A DNA stretch of 64,000 nt from Piromyces finnis finn (lineage: Eukaryota > Fungi > Neocallimastigomycota). Position numbers and translations under genes: made by a program. Position 1 is the first letter of the stretch, and each line of letters begins with the position of its first letter. The notes beneath the pieces were generated by a model, which ran no database searches, had not been told where the DNA came from, and saw only the letters and a list, made by a program, of their open reading frames with translations. This document shows, piece after piece, positions 39,062-50,389 of the stretch. The DNA lies in the NCBI GenBank assembly GCA_002104945.1, contig MCFH01000056.1:186001-250000 (forward strand). Reading direction: 5' to 3'.

Positions 39062-40022
39062 TGTTAAGTTTTTGGATTTGGTTATGCGGCCAGGTCAGAA
39101 TGTTATCAATTATATAGTAAATATGTTTTTTAAGAAATTAAATTTAAATATAAAATAACCCTTTAAACTTCCAAATGAGAAATTAATATTTATTCTTTAG
39201 AATAACTTTTTTATAAAATTTTATTTATTTATTAATAATAATATAAATGATAATATATTTAATAACTATATAATTAAGATTATAACTATAATCTTTACAA
39301 AGAATTAAAATCGAATTCAATTCATTCTATTTTATATTCTTTGTTCAGATTATTAAATTGATAAAAATAAAGTATTACATGTAATATGTTAATAATATAA
39401 TAAGATTGTTTGTTTGTTTGTTTGTTTGTTTTGTCATGACATAAAATAAAATAAACATATGATTAATCATTTAAACACTTGATCCATTAACCTATTTTAT
39501 AATAATTAAAATTATTTAATTTATAAATGTTAACCGTTACACCTAAATGGTTTAGTTCTATTTTTAGTAACAGTCACTATCATTAATTAAATTAATATAA
39601 TTAGAATTTCTATTGATATCTTTTTAATTTTCGTCAAGTCATAAGAAATGTCTATGATCCATACTTGATATCATATTAATTTTAATTTACTTATTAAAAT
39701 CTTCGAATGATCATATCTTCCTTAAATGACCTGTTAGAAGGACCGCGATTGTACCAAAATGTAGCTTTTTCCTTAAGCTTTCTAATAAACCTGGTTTCAT
39801 AGCCGTAGCACTTGTTTCGTGTTTGTTTATTTTTGGTTAAGGGTTATAGTGTATTGATATTAAATTTTTTGAAATCATAACCCTTTCACTGAACCAAAAT
39901 TTAAAAGGTGACTTTTAAAGGTGTTTTAAAATAATTATTGGGATTATTTAATTCTAATTATTATGTTTAATTAATTATAGATATTATCTGAATTTGTTTT
40001 AAATCCAGTTAATATCTTCACA
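39062..40022. mobile_element. Solo LTR family E, copy 3 (inverted)
   Basis: 5-bp TSD taaaa (39057-39061 / 40023-40027). Small internal deletion relative to copies 1 and 2. Confidence 0.9.
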
Positions 40023-40087
40023 TAAAAATCAGGTATAATAATAATTTTATATTTATTAATTTCATTATTTATCAAATTTATAGTCGT

Positions 40088-40625
40088 TCCAGTTTTTATC
40101 CTGGTTGTTAAGGCGTTTCCTTAGCATGCATAAGGCTTCTGGTTCGACCCCGCAGATGTCAGTGCCTGTGGATTTTCTCACTGGGTTTGCCATGGGTTGG
40201 GTTATGATATTCAGGTAAGTATAAATGAACTTTCTAATTTACTACTATGATAATAACACTCGTCTAGCCGGCCTGAGAGGGTCTAGTGTACATGGTACAT
40301 TCCAAATTAGAACTTAATAAGTGGTGACTTAGGCTATGCCAAAAACACACAATATTCCTTAATCAATTTAAGTGTAAACATTAGGGGGCGGTTGACACGT
40401 GATCAAATTGACTATAAGAGGCTTAGCATTGTAGTTGTGAAATATCGTACAACGACATGCATCTAATGTACATGGATTAAGTGAGCGTCGAAGCTGAAGA
40501 AACAGTATAACAGACCAGGAGGGTCACAACCACCTAGCAATAGGAATGAGCCAACGTTTCTCTAAGAACCACCATTGGAGCTAACTCCGATCGATGGGAG
40601 AAATGCACTCGGAAGTTAAAAAAAA
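40088..40625 (+). mobile_element. Candidate tRNA-Ala-derived SINE
   Basis: Degenerate tRNA head (TTAGCATGC anticodon loop, B-box GGTTCGACCC at 40141-40150), a GC-richer body and an A8 tail. The start is approximate. Confidence 0.55.
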
Positions 40626-42961
40626 CCTAATTTATATAACTTTGTAAGGATATTAAAAATAGGAACTGAGTCGTATTCTTTTTTAAGGTCTAGAAAGGCG
40701 ACATAAGTGGCTTTTCCTTTAAATTTTCTTCTTTGACAGATTTCTCTAATGGAAACAAATAAGCTAATATATTCTTCTTTATTGCGAAAACCAAATTGCT
40801 CAGGTATTATAAAATTATGAGAAAGAGCATACTTTGAAATTCTATTAGTTACAATTTTTGAAATAATTTTAAGACCTACATTGATGAGAGAAATATCACG
40901 ATAATTATTACAGTCTGAAAGATCGCCTTTCTTTGAAATAGAAACAATGGAAGCAGAGTTCCATTTCAAAGGAAAGGAACCATTCCAGATTTTATTAAAA
41001 ATTAATTTAAGACAATTTCCAGCAGACTTATGTTCTTTTTCCAGTTCTTTGTTACAAAAGAAAACTTTGAAAAATTCAATTGGGATACCATCGGGACCTG
41101 GAGCCTTGTTATTCTTCATTGACAGAACAACATTCCTAATTTCTTCAATATAGATGGGACCATTTATATCCCATGCTATTTGATTGATATGATTGAATTG
41201 GAAGGCTCTTTCCCAGTAACCACGATTTAAGCTGTGATTTGTAACATCAGATGCAAGATTTTCATAATGTTCAGCCCAACGTTTTAATTGTTCATGAGGA
41301 GTAAATAAATCCTTGCCATTCTTGTCCTTAATAGTTGAAACATGGGAGGACGAATAACTTGGTTTAGCAAGTTTTTTAAGGCCTTTCCAACCTTGTCTAA
41401 AGCTTTTATCAATAAAATGTTTACCGATAGAAACAATATTAGCTTTATAGAGATTGGATCTGAATTTACTCTTAACCTTTTTGATGGTATTACATAGATT
41501 TTGGTATATGGAGAACTGGTTAAGATAATTTTCCATGTCAGCGCAATCTGAAAGGGGCTTAATATTTTTGTAAGCCAGATATTTTTCATGTGATAAGTTA
41601 TTGATGTATTGAGGGCAATGGAATGCTGGACCTTTTAAATCTGCAGGCACAATGGCTTTTATTTCTTTACCTATAGTTTTGGAGGTATCTAAAAATTTGG
41701 AAACCATATCGTCAGCCGATAGGCTATCGCAATTAGCTTCAAGCTCGGAAGCTAGAACAGCAAAGCGATTACTAGTAAGAATGTCAGAACACTTTGTGTT
41801 ACAGATATGACTTGACCACTTAAAGGTCTTCTTAGGCTTTTTGAAACCATCAGAAGAGTCTTTTTTACAAGACACAAGGATCGGTTTGTGATCAGAAACA
41901 TCGTGGAAAACTTCACAAACTGAAGATTTGTTTATGTGTTCTGTCATAGCCTTGTTGTATATAATATGGTCAATGCATGAAGATTTAGAACCTTTTTTCC
42001 AAGTGAAATTATTACCAGTTAATTCTGCCATAGTCCAATCCGGGAAGTGTTGTGATATATAAGATTTGATTTTAATAGCTGACATATTAAAGTCTCCTAC
42101 AAGGATAGCTGGGTGGTTGAATTTGTTATACGTTGTTAACCACTTATCAAGTTCATCAAAGGCAATTAATCTAGCATCCGGCCATCTAGTTTGCGGGAAG
42201 TAAATATTACCGATGGTACATCTCTGGTTTCAAAATGACAATATTGTAACTGAAATGATGTACTTATATAGAAGAGGTTCAGGAGTAAAGGAACAAGAAT
42301 TATGAACACCAATGTAAAGTCCTCTCATACCTGGAACTTTAGGATTAGCACGTCTGTGTACTGGTTTATAGTTCGGTAGGCATGGGGAGGAAATTGCATT
42401 ACCACAGAGGAATTGGCTGTTACCTACTTCTTGAAGACAGACACATACAGGTTTGAAAACAGAGATGAAGTATAAAACACCGTCCTTTTTCTCCGGGTTC
42501 CAACCATTGATGTTCCAACAAGTACATAAGTTGAAAAAGGAAGCATTAGAGCTTAGATGACTAAAATAGAAATCGTCAGAGAGTGGACCAGTAGTAGATT
42601 TGATAGATCGTTTGTTTTTGTATGATCTATTGTTTTTGAGCTTATCAATGAATTTCCAAGATATTTTACTAGAGATTGGGAGTTTTTCAGAAAGTGAGTG
42701 TATAAGTAACATGGCTTTAAGCGGACATTTTCCATTGACTTTTAGAATGAAATAGGTACCGAGTGATTGTGAATATTTTTTGGTGAGGGATTGAAGAATA
42801 TCATTGAAAGGTTGAATGTCCTTTAAAAGAAATTCCATTAGTCGTTGTTTTGACCATGAACTAAGATCATGGATAAAAATTAGATATGATTTATTGGAGT
42901 TAGATCCGAAGAAACGAAGACCACGTCGTAAGGTAGGTACAGTACAATTGGTATAGTTCAT
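40626..42961 (-). mobile_element. LINE family B 5' half (N-terminal domain, APE endonuclease, RT N-terminal part)
   Basis: WNING...CLQE, GDFN and SDH endonuclease motifs, PGPDG, FLDLKK. In-frame TGA (Trp codon) at 42230-42232. Breaks off at KLYKLG. Confidence 0.92.
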
Positions 42962-43439
42962 TTTGAAAGAACTTATTATGACAATAGATATTAATAATTT
43001 GAAGTATTGATATAATGATATAAATAAGATAATGAAATAAAATATATAGTAAAATAAAAATAATAATAGTAAAGACGGATATATTATATAGCTAGTGGAT
43101 TATTTGTCAAACAATATTTTAAATTTTATAACTGGAAAAGTGGCTAAGTTGTTGACAAACTTAGTTCTAACTCTACTGAAGACTTTAAACGGGAAGATAA
43201 ATTTTGAATATCTATCACTTTGGATTTCTGTATTATAACTGTATTTTGAAAGCTCTTTATATTTATAAGAATTGTATAATTTATTGGATGATTATTGTAT
43301 TGTGTTGATTCTGATTGTTGAAATTGAACATTCATTTAGGTTGTTTATGTTGTAAGGTAGAGAGATAATAAGAGTGAAAAGTTGTTATATCAAAAATAAT
43401 GGAAAAAAAGTTGAAGAATTTTGGGTAAACATAATAAAA

Positions 43440-44382
43440 TTTTTTTTTTTTTTTTTTTTTTTTAAAAGATAAAATTGAAACAAGAGTAGTATTTACAATA
43501 TAAAAATAGAATACTCAATTTTCCAGGATAGAAGCTTTGATAATAAAAATGTTAAAGAAAAAAAGGTGTTAATACTTACCATAATAGTCCATAATAAACA
43601 TAATTAAGTTATACAGATATATAAATATACATATAATATAAAGTATAAGAAATATATATATATATAGAAAAGAGATAGAAAAAGTATACAAAAGAATGTT
43701 AGTAGAAAAGAGATTCCTTGGAAAATCTAGAGTTACAAAAAAATAAGAAATAAAAAAAGATATTACTAGAATCATATAAAATCATAAAGGAAAAATAAAA
43801 AAGCCGCGCCCCTCGAAAATAATAAAAATAGAAAAAAAAAAAAAAAATAAAAGATTAAATATGATTATAGTAATGAAAGCCGCACCCCACACGAAACTCA
43901 AGAATAAATGAAAGGAATAACAAACTAACTGAAAAAACAAAACTATCTGACTAATCAACATATAAAGAATAAAAAAGGAATAAAAGAACAAAGAGAATAA
44001 GTAGTAAACTGGGATAACAAATTATCGATGAAAGCTAAAATAAAAATGAAATCAAGAAATATTCAAAATCAGTATTTAATACTACCGAATCAAACAATTT
44101 TAAGTTTAAAATAATATGTTATAAAAGTTGTTAAAGCAACTACTATCTAAAAAATAAGTTGAAGGTGTAAGGGATATATGATATAACAACTAACACTCAA
44201 ATTATCGACTCTGTTCGCTCAGTACCATGAACTTAGTCCTAATAATATTTCCAAATAAAGACTAACCAAGCATCCATTGCGCAATACTTGGATTTAATTC
44301 TTTCTACTCTCTCAGTACCATGAGTATGAGTAGACCCCCTTGAGAAACTACATTTATTAAATAAATGAAGGCACGTACCCAA
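43440..44382 (-). other. Long leader of LINE B, or a separate non-autonomous retroposon
   Basis: Begins with the structured module (44217-44382) and has an A24 run at 43440-43463. No meaningful ORF. The two readings cannot be separated from this window. Confidence 0.45.
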
Positions 44383-44641
44383 TTTTTTTTTTTTTTTTTT
44401 TAACGGCATCAAATATTTTAAACTTTATTATTAATTTAATTAAAATTATAATACATGTAATAAAAAAATTAAAATTAAAATAAAAATAAAAAAAAATATG
44501 TTTAAATAAACACAAATGAATAAAAATTGGGTATAATGTATTCTAGTAATTTTAATTAAAGTAAGAAAGCCACTATTATACTAAAGTATAATAATTGTAT
44601 TTGACTTCCAATGGGACACCGAGCCAAAGATCAAAATTTTG

Positions 44642-47600
44642 TCATGGAACAAAATTATGATCTCCATTGGTTGCGCTGGCCCTCCTGGCCTGTCTTACTG
44701 TTTCTTCAGCATTGACGCTCTTGGATGTTGCTTCAAACCTTTTGAACATTGACCATTGCTGGCCAATAGCAAAAGGCATGATTTTGGTTAGAAGTTCCGC
44801 GGTTACCGTCAAGAATGGTGTTCCTTCGTTAGTACCAGATTGAATCTGACGCTTACAAAGTTCTTTCCATTCCCTTGAATTGTAATTAATATTGTTAAAA
44901 CTTCTTCCCCCAAGAAGGAATTTAAATATTTTACTGCACACACTAGAATAATCATACACATTAATATTCACCGGATTATTAGAACTATTACTATCATTAA
45001 CTAAATTACTATCTAAATTAGAATTATTATCATCACTATTGCTATCATTACTAATATTATTATTTCTATTACTACTATTGTTATTATTACTATTTCTATT
45101 ATTACTATTACTACTATTGTTATTATTACTATTACTACTATTACTATTAATATTATTACTATCTCTACTGATATTAACATTTTCATTATTATTGATAGGA
45201 CTATTGGAATTACGTTGACTGAAAAAATTTAGTAGCTGGACTATGGAATCATAATGTTTAATACGGATATCTCTAAATGTTGGACAATCTAATAACCAAT
45301 GTTTAATACTTTGAACACCACACTTGCAACATGGACAGTAGTTAGGACAAACTGGATCACCAAATTTAGCAGCTTTGGCAACTCTAGCATCCAACTTGTA
45401 TCCGCTTCTTGCTTTCAAGAGCCAGTAGAAGCCATAGGCAAACTCTGGGTACTCATAACATAATTTAATAAAATCTTTAGTTTCAATAAATTTATTATCA
45501 TCATAATATTGCGCTTTGATTGAATTTCCTTTGAGATCTTTCCAATAAAAGTTTTTAACTGCTTTAACATCTCCATGTTTCTTTAGTTTTTTATCAAGTG
45601 TCCTACTTGATTTGCACCACGTGTATTTTCTAAATTTAGGAATGTAATTGACAAGGTATGAGATAATACAATTTGAGTTTTTCCATTTGTTAAAACATCT
45701 AACCTGAGCTAACGCACATTTGGCTGACAATGGAGGAATATTCAAATCTTTTGAGATAGAGTATAAAGATATAAACGATACAGCTTTATGAACTCCGGCA
45801 ACCCATCGTACTCCTTTGTTAACATGCTTCTGAGCAATCCTAGACCTAGCTTTGTTGGATCCAAGTAATGGTGCAAAGTATGAAACTCTGCTAATCACTT
45901 GTGAGTTAAGTACTAGTTTTTTGAAAGGAATAGGAATATTAGGATTTCTTAAGAATTTACTGACTGAGAAAAGCCCTTTCAAAACCTTGTTATTAAGAAC
46001 TTTAATTACTGGTTTAAGGGACAGATTCTTATCAAATGGAACACCAAGATAAGTATAACAATCAGTAGTTGGAATGGGTTGTCCTGCTAAGTAAAATGTT
46101 GGATCTCTCTTGTTCTGATTTTCTATTGATTCAGGAGGAATCACCATCGTTGAACATTTCTGGATACCAAATTCCATTTCATTATACAATGCCCATTCAT
46201 TAACTCTTCTAAGCATCTTTTTTAAGCATCCTCTTGTTGGAGCACAAATAACTATATCATCTGCAAAAAGTCCACCACAGCATCGAGTGTCACCTAAACT
46301 GACTCCTAGATCTTCGCACTCTCTAAATATATCATTAATAAAGAGATTAAAGAGAATAGGAGAAAGAGGGCAACCTTGACGGACTCCTTTCTTCACATCA
46401 AAAGATTTCGAGAATTGTCCATCTAATTTGACATTAGCCTTAGATGTTAAATATAAATTTTTGATAAATTGTAAACTCTTACCTCGAATTCCTAAACAAT
46501 CTAATTTATGGAGAATATTACCGATTGGGACTGAATCGTATGCTTTCCTGAGATCTAAAAAGGCCAAATATGTCTCTTTATTATCTAATTGACGTCTACG
46601 GCATATTTCTTGGATTGAAATGAAAAGACTAATACTTTCTTCCTTTTTTCGAAAACCAAATTGTTCAGGTCTAATGAAATTATTCTTTAGACCATATTCT
46701 GAGATTCTAGTGGTGACAATTTTGGAAATCAACTTAATACCATTATTGATAAGTGATATGCCTCGATAGTTATCACAATCTGTCAAATCTCCCTTCTTAG
46801 GAATAGAAACAATACTGGATTCATTCCATGAGTTGGGGAAATCTCCATCCCAAATACGGTTGAATAATTTAAGAATAAAATTTAAACCATGAGCATCATT
46901 ATCTGAAGTAGTATTACCGGAAGAATTATTATCTGTAGCATTATTAGAATCATTACTTGATGGAACTAATGCTTTGTAAAATTCAATTGGAATACCATCC
47001 GGACCTGATGCTTTATAATTTGGAGTAGTGAGGATAGCTGACTTGACTTCATCAATACTAATATCTTGGTTGATATCCCACTCATCAAGCATAGGAAGTG
47101 AAAAACGTTTATTCATTGGTTCTTCATACCAATGCTCTAAATCAAGACTTACACCACTTGGATCTGATGCAAGCTTTTCGAAATGATCATGCCACACTTC
47201 TAGTTGTTCTTCTGTAGCAACAACTAATTCTCCATTTTTATTTTTAATTGGTTGAGCAATAAAGAAAGAATCTTTTCCAATTTTTGCAGTTTTCTTGATC
47301 CATTTCCAGGCCTTCTTAGGATTATGACTCTTCATATACTCACATCCTGTTTTAATCCAATGAAGATATTCTTGTTTCCTAAATTCATTACATCTTTTGT
47401 GGATGTAATCAATGAGTTTACGGTAGATTTTAATTCGTTTAATAAATTCATCTATATCATAAATTCTTTCTTTTTTAAATCTCTTATACAACTTCATTTT
47501 GATTTTTTGAAGATTAAAAATTTGTTGTGAAATATGAAATGAAGACTTTATAACATTATTTGCTGAAGTAATACTGAGCTCGTCTGCAATTGAAAAAGCA

Positions 47601-49161
47601 GTTGAAGTAAACTCTTTGGAAAGTTCATCTGTAGAAACATTAGGATCGTTGAATTTGGCTGAAAGTATTTGGAATTTATTATGACTGAGAATAGATTCCT
47701 TTTCCTCAATACATTTTAATCTATTCCATTTCAGAATTTTCTTAGGAACATTAAAGTCATTAGAAAAATCTTCCATAGGAATAATTTTACCATTAATAAG
47801 AAGTGGCTTATGGTCTGATACAGGATAAAAATTATTTATAAATGATCCTGAGTGAATAAGATCTTTCATCTTCGAATTGATAAGAGCATGGTCAATGTCG
47901 GAAGATTGATCACCTCGAGTCCAAGAGATAGTCGACCCTCTAAGCGGAAGAATTTCCCAATCTCCTAATCCATTAGTTGATAACCAGTTGGATAATTTTA
48001 CTTTAGACATATTAAAATCACCAACAAGAATCGATGGATGGGATGAATGAGTTTGTAACCACAAGCGAACTTCTAACTTTGCATGATCAACATAGATGTT
48101 GTGATGACTATGAGGCATATAAACATTTCCAATCGAGCATTTGAATCTATTCCAGAGACTAAAAGTCTAAAAGTATAAATAGAAATAATATACTTTCCAG
48201 AGAAGTTTTCAAGTGAGGCTTGACACGAATTGTGAAAACCTAAATATAAACCTCTCATTCCCGGAACTGATTCATCAGCTTTCTTGAAAAAGTGTCTATA
48301 GTTTCGCAAAGTAACACGACAAGGATAATCTGTATTCGAACCAGAACCATTACCAGTTTCTTGGAAACATAAAAATAATGGTTTGAAAATAGCTGTGAAA
48401 TAGCTAATACTATCTCTCTTTTCGTGATTCCACCCATTGGTGTTCCAACTAAGACAAAAAGAAAAGTTATCAGGCTTGTTGGATGAGGAAGAATCGTTGC
48501 TATTATTATTATTATTAAAGTCATCATTATTAATGGATGATGCATCAGAGGAATAAGTAGAACTATTACTAGATGGCTGTGAAACTGAAGAACTATCAAC
48601 TATTGAACTGTTATCAGAGTTGATAGAACAATTAGAATTAATTGTTGAATGTTGAGATTGAAATTGTGTTTGCTGTAGATCTGTAATATTTTCATGATGG
48701 GAAACTTGTTGAAGATCAGATTGTTGATGAGATTGTTGAACTGATTGTTGAAATGATTGTTGAACTGATTGTTGAATAGAATGTTGATGTTTATTAGAAA
48801 CTAAAATTTTACGTTTGAGTGTGGAAAAAGTGTATTTGTGATTCCTTCTACTACGAGCTGAAAAGGAAATTGAGGTAACTGAAAGTTTCTTCTTTAACAT
48901 GTGTAAGATTTTAATACAATCTTTCGATGAACCATGAACCTTGACTAAGAAAAAGTGATCATTGAAAGTCTGAAAATATTTAACACTAATAACTGAATTA
49001 AATTTATCTTCCAGAATAACCTCGAGTTTTTCCCATAGCATATTTACTGACCATGTTCGAATACCACGGATAAAGAAGAAGCGAATATCATCTAAGGGGA
49101 TACCATAAGACCGGGTACCACGTCTGATATAATTCTTATCTTTAATATAAAGGACTGACAT
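44642..49161 (-). pseudogene. LINE A single ORF: N-terminal domain, APE, RT, CCHC finger; broken by an 8-bp duplication
   Basis: ORFs 48073..49161 and 44642..48118 join in frame when one copy of ctaaaagt (48159-48174) is removed. Motifs WNTNG/FQET, GVRQGCPLSP, FADD, CPCC...HWLLDC. Confidence 0.92.
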
Positions 49162-49761
49162 GATAATTAATTCTAATTAAAAAATATTGAATATAAAATA
49201 AATACTAATAAAAATTATAAATATAACGTATATGGAAAAAAATCTGTCTCTCTCTCTCTTCTTAAAAGTACTGGATAGTACAAAAATTGTTACGATGCTT
49301 TGTTTAAAGTTTCTTATTTTTTGAATTCTAGTTGTTAATTTTTTTTTAAAAATTCTAGTTTTGGTTTGTTGTTAGTAAATTCGATTCGCTTTTTGACACT
49401 AAACTTGTTTGACTTTACTTTTCATTAAATATTTAAATTGGTAAAAAATTTGAATCAAGAATGTTGACACCAGAAAGCTTGTGAATAGTATTTTTACATG
49501 ATGTAGAGTGAATCAGTCTCTTACAAGAAACAATACAACAATAGCTACATGAATATAAAAATACAATGCAAATGCTAAAGTTGACTACATTGGATTCTTA
49601 CAAGAGAAGAGTAGTACTACATGAATACATGAATAAGAGAAAAAATACAGCAACAAAATGTATTACTCTTCTAATTAAATACTATACAAACTTACCTGAA
49701 TATCAAACATTCAACTTATTCATCAAATACTTAAATTCGATGAATAAAATGTTTTTTAATT

Positions 49762-49950
49762 GCTCAGTACCATGAGCTTAGTCCTAATAATTTTCCCTTA
49801 AGACTAACCAAGCATCCATTGCGCAATACTTGGATTTAATTCTTTCTACTCTCTCAGTACCATGAGCATGAGTAGACCCCCTTGAGAAACTACATTTATT
49901 AAATAAATGAAGGCACGTTCCCAAGGGGGAATTCTAAGATCAATGGGAGA
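49762..49950 (-). ncRNA. Conserved multi-hairpin 5' module (second copy at 44217-44382)
   Basis: Five consecutive stems foldable by eye, with CTCA-TGGTAC-TGAG present twice. Function unknown. Confidence 0.5.
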
Positions 49951-50389
49951 TTTTTTTTTTTAACCATAAACATTGTGTATAAACTCTAAAAAAAAGGGAC
50001 TTGTTCCTAAGTCTATACTTTTCATATTTTATAAAAAATAAAAAGCATTTTTGATAATGACATAAAAATTTCAAAAGGATGATTTAATTAAAAAATAATT
50101 ATAACATTACATTATTTATAATTATATTTATAATCAAATATTTTAATAAATCACTTTTTCTTCTAAAACAACAATTAAACAATTCTAATTAAATAAAAAG
50201 CTATATTTGATACATATATTTTTTAATTTATCCTTTATTAAATATATCTTTTTTTTTAATATACAAATTTATTATTATATAAATAAAAAAGGGTATATAT
50301 ATATTACATTTTATTTAAACTTTATATTATAATTTGTATTCAATATAAAATGGATATTATTAAACTTATTAAAAATTTCATGGATCAAA

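Larger units (their letters stand above)
44383..49950 (-). mobile_element. Full-length LINE family A (APE-type non-LTR retrotransposon; clade not resolved)
   Basis: Structured 5' end, ORF, 3' UTR and A19 tail (44383-44401), preceded by an A11 run (49951-49961). Confidence 0.93.

Noticed and set aside
40088-40162. Functional tRNA-Ala
   Set aside because: The acceptor and anticodon stems do not pair and the A-box is degenerate.
48073-48200. Programmed frameshift in the LINE endonuclease
   Set aside because: It is fully explained by an 8-bp tandem duplication, and family B is in frame across this point.
49566-49775. Small plus-strand ORF in the LINE leader (also 43569..43991, 56995..57255, 61521..61712)
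   Set aside because: Compositionally biased chance ORFs in AT-rich DNA with no motifs.
49762-49950. Hammerhead or HDV ribozyme, or a spliceosomal snRNA
   Set aside because: No CUGANGA/GAAA core, no nested double pseudoknot found by eye, and no U1/U2/U5/U6 signature or Sm site.
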